Source: Leucoraja ocellata (lineage: Eukaryota). Taken from it: DNA of 64,000 nucleotides. Of the stretch, positions 40,901 through 53,600 are shown piece after piece. Location: assembly GCA_036785375.1 (NCBI GenBank), contig JAWMAR010000053.1, positions 4,402,001 through 4,466,000 of the forward strand. The letters run 5' to 3'. Position 1 is the first letter of the stretch. Each line of letters starts with the position of its first letter. The position numbers and the translations under genes were made by a program. The notes beneath the pieces are model-generated. The model made no database searches. It saw only the letters and a program-made list of their open reading frames with translations, and was not told the origin of the DNA.

Positions 40901-43900
40901 CACAGCAAGCAATGATGTGGGAAGCTGTTCCTGCAGTTGTATTGTCAGTTTAAAAGGTTAGTTACATGGTGGTAGTGGTGTACCTTTTGTCATTTTTAGT
41001 GAATGTATTTCAAGTAAAAAGGAATACACCAGTTTTAAGTAAAATGGAATACTGGAGGCATATTGCGATTTTTGCAGCTAACTTGTACATTTAATTTAAA
41101 CTTTTTTAATGATCAGTTCCATAATGCAGCATATTTTGCCATTGTACTATAATTTGGAAAGAGGGTTGAGCATTTCATTCATATTTATATGTATACCTCT
41201 TTATCTTCAACTAGAACCCCCATCATTTGTGAAGAAGATTGAAAATGTTACAACGTTTGTTGGAAATTCTACTGGCTTTCAGTGTCTTGTAAAAGGCTCA
41301 GAGCCTTTATCAATTAATTGGATGAAAAATAATGTAGATATCAAAGAAGATGAAAATATATCTATGTCCTTTGAAAACAATCTTGCAATGCTGAAAATTG
41401 CAGCAGTTGAAGCAAAAGATGGTGGGAAATACATCTGCCAGGCCAAAAATGATGCAGGGATTGAGAAATCCTATGCCACATTGATAGTAACAGGTTGGTC
41501 AGGAATATTAACAAATATGATTGGCTGATGTGTAAATATTTTTTTTATTTCTCTTCAAATTTATTTATCATACTAATGTTAAAAAGAAGACAGGATTAAA
41601 ATATTAAATTACTCTAATCAATTAGCATAATATTTTCTCTTAACAGAACCTGCAAAAATTATTGAGAGAGCAAAATCATGCAACATAACTGTACAAAATC
41701 CAGCAGTTTTGGAGTGCACTGTGGCAGGCACACCAGATCTAAATGTTAAATGGTTTAAAGATGGAACGGAGCTCACATCCAGCAGAAAATGTAAATTGAG
41801 CTTTGAAAATAATGTGGCTAGTCTAAAGATTCAGTCAGTAGAGAAGTCGAATAGTGGTGAATATACTTTTGAGGTCCAGAATGAATTTGGAGTTGACAGC
41901 TGCAAAGCTTCCTTGGCTGTATTAGGTTAGTATTTTTATTTGTATGTGAAAAATAGAATACAGTAATCAAAGCAACTTTGCTCTTTTAGGTTGACTTTTG
42001 CATCTCAAGCTTACAAGTTGTGTTCTGTATTGTACAGATCAATTGATTGCTCCAACATTTACAAAAAAATTGAAGGACTTGGGCATTGCACTAGGCTCTT
42101 CTGTGAGCATGGAGTGCAAAGTATCTGGCTCTGTTCCAATGACCATTCTTTGGCATAAAGATGGAAAGGAGATCATGGATAGTAATAAATATAAACTATC
42201 ACAGCAAGATAACACCTTATCTTTGGAACTTAATCAACTAGAAATCGCTGATTGTGGAATTTATACCTGCAGAGTATCAAATATAGCAGGAACTGATGAA
42301 TGCCGTAGCAAACTGACTGTTAAAGGTGTGACTGCCTTTGCATTTTTACTCATACATTTGGCAAAATTTCGGATTTGTCATATTTTAACACTTAAATGTC
42401 TTATGATTGAAATAACTATTTAAAATTTATTAATGGTTCAAAATTCAAAATTTAGAAATTTATGCTCTTTCTTGCAACAAATATGTTTTTCTTCAATGAA
42501 TTTTAGAGCCACCAAGATTTATTACAAAACCAATGTCACAGGAGGTTCCCCCACGCTCTACAGTGCTGTTCAAGAGTGATGCAAAAGGAACACCTCCTCT
42601 GTCTTTCAAATGGTTTAAGGATGACAAAGAGTTAAATCCTGATGGAACATGTTGCATTGTGACAGAAGTTTCATCCAGTTTTGTGCAACTTTATTCAGTA
42701 AAACATTCTAATACGGGATATTACACTTGCCACGTCACCAATGATGTTGGCACAGATTCTTGTACAGCAAAATTGTTTGTAACAGGTGTGGAATTCTTTG
42801 TTGTGTGGGTGTATATTATCAGTGTCTTGTTTGTTATTTGCTGTTAATGTCTTTTCAGATTCCAAGTCTTCCAATTTGTACAAATCTCGTTTTATGTGTA
42901 TTCTTTGTTAGTGTCTTTTGTTCTTTGAGTTTAATTGTGTAATCATCTTATTCTCTTTATCACATCAATTCTACATTATCTTTTTGTGCTCTTCGTGATC
43001 TCAATAATATAATGTATACTCTTCTTTAAATTTTCTTTATATGAAATACAGTAAAATTCTAGTTAATATACATGGGCCTTTTCAAAACTTTTGGAGCATT
43101 CTCATATGATTTGTGTTAATGATTCAAATTCCTTCCAAATTTCACAATTCTACTTTCCAAAACATAATCTTCTTGTAACTCAAGCACTAAATGTGTTGTA
43201 TTTTGGTTTCCTAGAACCTCCGTCTTTCATCCAGAAGCTGGAACCATCCAAAGTCCTGAAGAAGGGAGAATCAGTGCATTTTGAGTGCAAAGTGACTGGC
43301 ACACCTGAAATCAAAATTTCGTGGTTCAAGAATGATACTGAAATCAGAGATGGTGACAAATACAAAATACATTTTGATAATTCTATAGCAGTTCTTGAAA
43401 TTAATGATACTGGTGTAGAAGACAGTGGTGATTACATTTGTGATGCTCAAAATGACGCTGGAAGTGTCAGCTGCAGTGTAGCACTAAATGTCAAAGGTAG
43501 GTAGTTATTTTCTGTTACAAATGATAAAGGCTTTCTTGGTTATAAATAACTATGTCATCATAAATACAAAAATGATACAACTTATGCTCTTCTTCCAGAA
43601 CAACCTGTTTTCAATAAAATGCTTGAGACAATGGATGTAATAAAAAGCTCTGATGTCATTCTGCAATGCGAATTCAGTGGTACATCTCCTTTTGAAGTTA
43701 CTTGGTACAAAGATAAAAGGCAAATCCGAGGAAGTAAAAAGTACAAAATTACTTATGAAAATCATGTAGCAAGTCTTTATATTCTTAAAGTGGAGTCACC
43801 TGACATAGGGGAATACATGTGCATGGTCAAGAATGATGTGGGGAGTATTAATTGCACTGGCACATTAAATCTAAAAGGTCAGTAGATTTTCCATGTTTTA

Positions 43901-46900
43901 TATTTAAATTTTGCTATACCAGTTTTGGGAAATAATTTCTGTAAGTTTATGTTGCACACTTAACATATACTTATTTAATTCTTCAGAACCACCCCTATTT
44001 GTGAAGAGACTTTCAAACATTTCTTCTGTGTTTGGAGAGTCTGTGACATTACAAGCTACTATTAAAGGTTCAGAACCAATTGAAGTAACATGGTTCAAAG
44101 AAAAGAAACAAGTTAAAAATGATGAGGACATAACTATCAGCCATGAACAAAACATTGTGGCTTTGCATATTTCAAAAATGGAGCCAGCACATGCAGGAAT
44201 GTATGTTTGCCAAATCAAAAATGATGCTGGAATGCAAGAGTGCTCTGCTGCATTATCATTCTTGGGTCAGTAGTTTACTGTCAATATATTTGATGTTCTT
44301 AAAATTTAGCTAATTGCTGAGAGCATTATCCTAGATGCCAAAATATAAGAATACTTTGTAAAAATTAATTTACTTCTTTCAGAACCTGCCATAATAGTGG
44401 AAAAAACAGAATCTGTCAGTGTAACTTCAGGAGATCCAGTGACTTTGGAATGCATTGTTAAAGGCACACCTGAGCTCAAAGTGAAATGGTTGAAAGAAGG
44501 ACAAGAATTGGTATCTGGCAGAAAATACAAGATTAGTTTTCTTAATGGAATTGCCATCCTAAAACTTATGTCCACAGAGAAGTTAGATGGTGGTGAATAT
44601 ACTTTTGAAGTCCAGAATAATGTTGGTAGCAGCAGCTGCAAATTATCAATCAGCGTTCTAGGTTTGGCCTCCATTTTTTCTCTTTGTACACTTTCCTTAA
44701 TTGCTTATTAAATCATTTTTTTAAATCGTGATCTAATCATGCTTAATTGTTGTGATTTAAACAGACCGTATAATTCCACCAACATTTATTAGAAAATTAA
44801 AGAAAGTGGATGGTATCTTGGCTTCTCCCCTCCAAATGGAATGCAAAGTGTCTGGATCACCACCAATTGCAATGTCTTGGTTCAAAGATGGACATGAGAT
44901 TGTCCATGGAGAAAAATATAATCTGATATTCGGTGAAAATAAGTGTGATTTGAAAATAAATACTTTGGAATTATCAGATGCTGGCAATTATGTATGTAAA
45001 GCAACCAATGCTGCAGGCAGCGATGAATGCAGTGGTACTTTAACTGTAAAAGGTTAGTTTAATTCTTAATGCAATTCAAATTGTTCATATTCTTTGTGTA
45101 TGAGTCATGCTTTATAATTTCTAGCGTTCAAAATAATTTTTGTTTGATATGCATACACATTGGAGTAGACTTATTATAAATGCTGCATGGTGCTGAACCT
45201 AAACAGAGTAAAAAGGTCTCGGAGACATTCTAATTGATGAAAAGCTATCAACTGCAAATGATGGAAATCTGAAATAGAAACAGAAACTGATTGAAATACA
45301 TGTATCTTTGGAGAGAGAAATTATGGTTATGTTTCGGATTGACGATTTTTCATTAAATTCAGGCAGGTCAGAAATCAAACATGTTTTAAGTTGTAGAAAA
45401 GAGAGGTGAATGGAGAGAAGTGAATTCTGTCACGGAGACCAAAAGATTCCAAAATGCACAGGTCAAGAGTGTTTTATTGTCATATGTCCCAACAGACCAA
45501 TGACATTCTTACTTTCAGCTTTCAGCAGCACAGCAGAATATGTAAACATAGTACTTTGTAAACATAATAATAGTGCAATTATAGTGCAACAAGACAAAAC
45601 CAATGCCCCCAAGTCTATGTAGTTCAGAGTTTATTTGGAGGTTGTAGTGTTTAATAGCCTGCTGTTCCTGAACCTGGATGTTAAAGTTTTCAAGGTCCTA
45701 TATCTTCTTTCCGATGGTAGGAGTGAAATAAGTGTGTGGCCAGGGTGATGTGGGTTTCTGATGATGCTGGCTGCTTTTTTAAGGCAACGACTCCTGTAAA
45801 TCCCTTTGAAGTTATTTAACTAATTACGGTTAATTTGTCTGGAGGGGCTGTATTGGTATTGGTATTATTAGTTTATTATTGTCATGTGTACCAATGTACA
45901 GTGAAAAGCTTTGCTTGAATTCTGTCCAGTCAAATCATATTATACACGAGTACTGTCTATGATACACGAAAGCAATGTAGCACAAAGAGAAAAATACTAA
46001 GATGCAGAATATAGTGTTAAAGCATTATAGCCTTACAGTTACTGAGAAAATGCAGATTAAAAAAATGCAAGGTCCGTAATGAAGATCAGCCTAACACCCA
46101 AGCTCATTAGAGGACAATTCAGTAATCTGATAATACTGAGGATGAAGCTGTACCAGAATCTTGTGGTACATGCTTTCAAGCGTTTGTATCTTCTGCCCAC
46201 TGGGAGGGACTGACTCCGGTGAAAATGGTCCTTGATTATGTTAACTGCTTTCAGAAAGCAGCGTAAAGGAATCGAGGAGGGAGAGGCAAGTTTGTATGAT
46301 GGGTTGGGCTATATCCACACCTCTCTGCAATTTCTAGCTCTCTCAGACAGTTGTTTCCAAACCAAACTCTGATGGCTCCCAAAAGGATGATTTCACCTGT
46401 ACATCTGTAGGTTGTTAAGAGTCATTGGGGATATGCCAAATTTTCTTCTTCTTCTATGGAATTAGAGGCGTTAGTGTGCTTCCTTTGCCGCAACATCATG
46501 GTAAATTGTTGGTGATAATAATAGCAAGGAACTTGATGCTCTTTGCTATCTCACTTTAGCACCATTGATACTGATAGAGTCAAATGGCCTGATTATGCTA
46601 ATCTTCTAGACTTAGACCTAAAGAAAAAATTAATGTAATTTTGTTTATAGCAAAATGCTTGGATTTTAAATTCCCCGTTCATTTTAAACATCTTATTTTG
46701 TTTCCACCTCTTTAGAACCAGCCTCATTTGTGAGCAAACCTGATCCTCAGGAAGTGTTACCTGGGTCAACAGTGAAATTTGCATGTGTTGTTACTGGGAC
46801 AGCACCATTGAAAGTAAAATGGTTTAGAGGGAACACTGAACTAGTAACAGGAAGAAAATGTCGAATTTCTTTCAGTGACTCAATATCAATACTTGAGCTA

Positions 46901-47578
46901 CTAAATGTAGAACCTTCCCAAAGCGAAGATTACATTTGCCGAGTCAAGAACGAAGCTGGTGAAGATTCTTGTACAACAACATTGTTTGTGAAAGGTTTGT
47001 GAATAGAGTTTTAAAGAAGAACGAGACCAAGTGGGACCTGTTGGGTCCCGTTCCCCCAACGCAATATTCCACCACTCACCTGTTCCCCCAACGCAACCCG
47101 TTCCACCAACGCAAACTGCACAGGTGCGACAGATTCCCACTCATTCCCCAGCACTCCCTCCCCCGGGTCCTGTTCCCCAATGCAATATTCCACCACTCAC
47201 CCGTTCCCCCAATGCATTTGCTCCACCAACGCAATATTCCACCACTCACCAATACCCCCCCCATCTGCGCAGGTGCGGCTCATTTCACCTCATCCCCCAG
47301 CACTCCCCTTCCTCTTCTTCACCCTCCCTCTTTTTAAACTTTAAAACATTTACTTTTTACTTTTAAAAATACAATTCCACTTCCCCTGCCCCTGCCCATT
47401 ACAAAGTTACAAATGACAGGACTCAGTGTCCTGTCAATTGTACCATTTTAACGGGATAAAATGTGAATAACTTGTAAAATAGAACATGAATCTGAATAAA
47501 TCTTTGGTACACAACACCACAGGGCAATGGTCCAAAATTTGTAGTGCTATCGTGTACCGTTTTGCCATAATTTCAGGA

Positions 47579-47649
<71 letters not shown>

Positions 47650-50600
47650 GACATAATAACAAACAAGACGAGAGTTTTAGTAATATATATTACTAGACCA
47701 AGTGGGACCAGTTGCGTCCCGTTCCCCCAACACAATATTCCACCACTCATCCGTTCCCCCAACACAACCCATTCCACCAACACAATATTCCATCACTCAC
47801 CCATAGCCCCCAACTGTGCAGGTGCGGCTCATTTCCCCTCATCCCCAGCACTCCCTCCCCCTCCTCTTCACCCTCCCTCTTTTTAATTTTTAAAAAATTG
47901 ACTAAAATCCAATTCAACTACCCCTGCCCCTGCCCGTTACAATGTTACAAATGACAGGACTCGGTGTCCTGTCATTTGTAACATTGCAAAGGCAGGGGCA
48001 GATAAAGTGCAATTGAATTTTTTAAACTGAAAAGTTACATTTTTAAAGTTTAAAATGTGAATAACTTGTAAAATATATCTGAACAAAACTTTGATATACC
48101 ATACCACAGGACGCTGGTGAATAAGGTCATCCAAATATTGTAGCGCTATCATGTACAGTTTTGGCGTAATTTCAGGATCACACTCATCACAGCCAAACAG
48201 ACAGACAAACAGACAGAATCACAGACATAATAACAAACAAGATGAGAGTTTTACTAATGTATAGATGTGGGTAACATAATTTTGCTGGAGTTACAAGTAT
48301 ATATTTTTGCAACTGTTTTCCTCTCTATCTTCACCAGAACCAGCAGTATTCCAGAAAAAATTGAAAGATTCTATTGTGATACTGGGAAAATCAGTTTGTC
48401 TTGACTGCATATACTCTGGTACCCCAGAAATCAAAGTACATTGGAAGAAGAATGGGTTAGATATAGTCCAGTCTGAAAAGCATATTATAACTACCACTGA
48501 AACCTCTTGTATTTTGGAGATTCTCAACACCATCAGAGACGATGGTGCAACATATATGTGTGAAGTAGAAAATGATGCTGGAACTGACACTTGTCATGCT
48601 GAAGTGAACATATTGGGTTTGTTTCCTTTCAATTTCTTTTAGCTGCAGATTAAAAATCAAAGCTTTTCTCGTTTCTTTAAAAAAATATTTGATGTACATT
48701 TTCTTCAATCACTGATACGTTTTTTTTCTTCTTAGAACCACCAACATTTGTCCAAAATTTAGAGCCTCTGGAAATAACAGTTGGAGATTCAGGATCTTTT
48801 CAATGCACACTTAGTGGAACACCTGAAATTAAAGTAGCTTGGTACAAAGGTGACACAAAACTGAGAGCCACCCCAAATTGCAAAATGGAATTTGTAAACA
48901 ATATTGCAAAATTGGAATTGAAGAAAGTAACAATGAATGACTGTGGAGAATTTATGTGCAAAGCTGAAAACAAAATAGGTGTATGTTCATCAAAGGCGGT
49001 GTTCACTGTACAAGGTGATGTTCTTTGGTAGTTTAATTGGTATTTGTGGAGAATGTATATATTTATGCTGGAGCTCTTTGAACTTTTAAAGCTTTATAAT
49101 CTCATTATATTAATTCATTCCATTCTGGTTTATTTTACAGAACGCAGAACGGCACCTTCTTTTGTAAGAAAACTTAAGAACATGGAAGTAACTCTTGGTC
49201 TTCCAATAACATTTGAGTGTTGCACGACTGGTTCAGCTCCTATTGAAACTTCTTGGTTTAAGGATGGTATAAAACTGCTCCCTGGAGAAAACTTAAATAT
49301 ATCTTTCATGGAGAATGTAGCATCTCTTCAAATTCTTAAAACTGAGTTGGATCATGATGGTGAATACAGTTGCAAAGCATCTAACATAATAGGAGATGCT
49401 TCATGCAGTTCCAGATTAATTCTTAAAGGTAAAATGGGTTAAATGATTACTAATTTGACTTCTTCAATGTTATAATATTGACATTTTAGTATCTGCTTTC
49501 ATCTAACATTGCTAGATGTTAGTACCTTGCTGTTTATACTTTTACAATCAAATATAATTATATTTTTGTTATGTCTTTAGAGCCTAGAGTTGCCCCTGTA
49601 TTTGACAAAAGATTACAACCAGTGGAAGTTACAGCTGGGCAAAGTGTGGATCTTGAATGCCACTTAACTGGCTCTCCACCAGTTAAAGTTACTTGGTTGA
49701 AGGATGGCAAAGAGATGCGATCAGGTGGCAATTACAAGATAACTTATGTTGAAAATACACCTCACCTAATTATTCTGAAAGCAGACAAGGGAGATGCTTG
49801 TCAATACATTTGTGAGGCCAGCAATGATATTGGAAAGGATTCATGCGAAACTGACGTGACTGTGAAAGGTATCAATCAATAACAAATACAACTCTTTATA
49901 TATACTCTGAGAACCCAGACTTAACTAATTTCAAAAGGTGATGTTTTTTTCACATCTTCAATATGATTCGCACTGGTTACTTGTTCAAGAAAGATTGCAG
50001 ATGCTGGAAAAATCGAAGGTAGACAAAAATGCTGGAGAAACTCAGTGGGTGAGACAGCATCTATGGAGCTAAGGAATAGCTATTCCTTCGCTCCATAGAT
50101 GCTGCCTCACCCACTGAATTTCTCCAGCATTTTTGTCTACCTTACTGGTTACTTGGTCAATTTTTATTATGTTGTCCATGTGCAATTTTTTTATTTTGCT
50201 TTTCCTTTGAAGACACTTAAAAAAAAATCAAACTTTGTAACACTGACTGTGGTAGTGGAATTATTTTAATGCTGATCTTCAAATATGTATTTTACTGTCA
50301 TATCAGTCTGAAAAATTAATTTCCTGAGGCATATTATTAGTTTTCAACAACCAAAACAATATGAGGTTTACAATTAGGAGAACAAAATAGCCTGTTCCCC
50401 CATTAAAGAAGAACAAAGTTTAACTTTTCTATTGACTTCAATTTCCTGCACTTTCCCATAACTCTTCATTTCAATGGACCCAATAAGCATTGACCTTGGT
50501 CTTGAATATATTCAATTTTCAAGCAATTACATTTGTCCTGTGAAAGAATATTATCACAAAATAATTTAGAAATATATAGATAGATTATGTTAATCTGCCC

Positions 50601-53600
50601 GCTTGCCTGAATCAGCCCTTAACAGGGTCTAATGTAGAGAGCCTACCTTAATGGTTCTCTACCTATTGAGTAGGAAGCATTCTATGGAACAGTAAGGATG
50701 CTCTAAGGAACTCTTGACAACTGACAAAATTGGGAGTGGTGCTTTACTGGCTATAATAGTTATAATTGACCTTTTTCATTTTAAAAGTGTCTGATATTCA
50801 GAGTGTTAAAATAAACCTACTGGAATAGGTGATTATTTTTTAAAAAGGGATGAACAAAGTCATCAAGCAAACATAAAACCACCTTAAAACAATTAAAAAC
50901 AAATTTAATGGTAATGCATGCCCCTTTACTGCATCAATTTTTTTCTCTACAATCCCTATTAAAAGTATTAGGATATCAGAATTTTCACAAAATTAGATCT
51001 TGTGCCTGATCTAAGAACCGACTTCCCAACCATAAATGTGTTGAAAACCCATGGTAAAGTTAACTATTCATAAGTCCACATCAATAAGTCCACAGATGTT
51101 GACAATGCACCTCCATTTCAAAGACTAAAGGGCCTGTCCCACTTGGGCGTCATTTGTGCGCCATTTATGCTACATCATTTACGCGCCACGATGCATGGCG
51201 CGTGGCGTGCATGTTGCGTGGTGAGGTGTGGTGGCATAGGCGCGGTGATGCGCGGTAGCGCGCGGCGCCCCAGGATTTGGGGATTCTCAAAATCCTCGCC
51301 CGCCACCTGCGTGATGCGCAAATGACGCCCAAGTGGGACAGGCCCTTAATTGGAAACTGTCCCAGTTAGCAAAAGTTAGCATGCTTCAGCAAGCTGGTTG
51401 TTTAAGATATTCATAGTGCTACTCCTGTCTGTTACAGATCGTAAAGTTCCACCAAGCTTCACTAAAAAACCTATTGAAACAATACAGGAAACAGAAGGGA
51501 AATTTATAAAAATTGAAGCTCGTGTTTCTGGTTCACAACCATTGTCTATAACTTGGTTCAAAGATGAGCAAGAGATCTTGCAATCTGAAAATTATGAACT
51601 ATCTTTTAAAAATAATATAGTAATATTGAACATCAAGAATGCACAGCATTCTGATTCTGGTGTTTATACATGTGAAGCATCCAATGAAACAGGCACTGCA
51701 AAGTTTAATGTGTCTGTACTGATCCAAGGTTAGTAATGGCTACTTGTGATTACAAAGGTCGCTTATACCTGTAAATTTCATTGTTTGTTTGTAAAATAAT
51801 TGCACTATTTTCAAAATCTTGATATTATTCAGTTATAAGAAGCATGCAATGAGTATTATTCTAATTTCCAGTTGCCTGCTGTCAGTTGTTTTTACCCATA
51901 TCCATTTAGTTTTTGTCTTTCAACTAACAATAGAGAATCTATACAATCAGTCTTCATTATCAGTCTGACGAAGGGTCTCGACCCAAAACGTCACTCATTC
52001 CTTCTCTCCAGAGATGCTGCCAGTTTACCCCAGCTTTTTGTGTCTATCTTCATTATTAGTGTATTTGCTCTCCATCTAATCATAATGTTGTCCCCTATCT
52101 TAATTATTTTTGGACAAATATCAGTGTGCATATATATATATTGAGGTACAATCAAGGTATAAATATAGTGATAAAACCAGGCCACTTTGACCAAGTAGCT
52201 CCATGCTATGCTCTGTTCTACTATGATGCAGTGTTCGCTCACACAGTTGCATCATGTGATTTCAAATTTTGCAAGTATAATCACATTCAATTGAAGTAAC
52301 TAATATCATTGGCTTATAGGTATTTAAACAAACTGATGCAAGTGAATGTTTTTAGAACATTATAGGGTAAATGTATGTTTATTTGGAGAGTTATATTAAA
52401 GAGAGTGCCTTAGTGATGTTCACATTTTTTGTTATACTTGGGAAGTCCCTGCAACCTATCACTTGTGAATAATGAAGACAGTGTAGAAGTTCAGTCAGAG
52501 ATGCCGAGACAGGTAAATGCAGTGCATTGTGCACACTGACAGGCAGGAAATGTCTGAGATAATATTAAGCTTCGCAAGTGATTTGTCATGGTGAGAGATT
52601 GCAAAGTGTGTTTTCGGAGTGACCTGGGTTTCTAATACTTGAATCACCGTGAGCGGATGCAGAAAGTCAGAATGGTCACACATAATGGTTTATTTTACAG
52701 AACACAAAATTGCACCCTCTTTCGTAAGAAAAATTAAGAATATGGAAATAACTCTTGGTCAACCAGTAACATTTGAATGTTGTACAACTGGTTCTGCTCC
52801 GATTAAAACCTCTTGGTTTAAAGATGGTATAAAATTGCTCCCAGGAGAAAACTTAATGATATCATTCATAGAGAATGTGGCAACTCTTAATATTCTTAAA
52901 ACTGATATGAATCATGCTGGTGAATACACTTGCAAATCTTCCAACATAGTTGGAGTTGCTTCATGTAGTTCGAAACTAACTCTCAAAGGTATGTTGGATT
53001 AAACATTTACCGAGGCAGCTTAATTAACATTAATCTTAACTTGACTTTAATATCTGCTTTGACCTTTTAATGATAGACCTTATTACTTTGCAACTGTTAC
53101 TTTTAGAATAGAATATAACTTTTTTTTACAATGTTTTCAGAATATAGAGTTGCTCCTGTATTTGACAAAAAAATAGAGCCGGTGGAGGTTACAACCGGGC
53201 AAAGTGTGGACCTTGAATGCCATTTAATTGGCTCTCCTCCAATTAAAGTTACTTGGCTGAAAGATGACAAAGAGATTCGATCAGATGGCAATTACAAGAT
53301 ATCTTTTGTAGACAATACACCTCACCTGTTTATTCTGAAAGCAGACAAGGAAGATGCTTGTGAATACATTTGTGAGGCCAGTAATGATATTGGAAAGGAT
53401 TCATGCAAAACTGAAGTGACTGTGAAAGGTATTGATCAATACAGTTATAGTCTTTATTTCCTTATAAGTACATCTTATGAGCCTATGCTTTATGAATTTC
53501 ACAGGAGAATGTTTCTTTTGCAATCTCAAAATTATGCTAACAAATCATGGTCAGTTTTTATTTTGCATGTAGAATTCTTATTTTGGCTTTCCTGGTAACA

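Noticed and set aside
47027-47037. ccaagtgggac shared between the Helitron-like 5' end and the Harbinger TIR
   Set aside because: Only 11 nt, and no matching inverted end on the element; treated as coincidence
47060-47260. Short direct repeats with spacers (caatattccaccactcacc) resembling a CRISPR array
   Set aside because: Irregular spacing, non-unique spacers, located inside a eukaryotic transposon, no cas genes
46969-47954. Pro/His-rich and CVCVCV ORFs
   Set aside because: Translations of the tandem element and its (CA)n microsatellite
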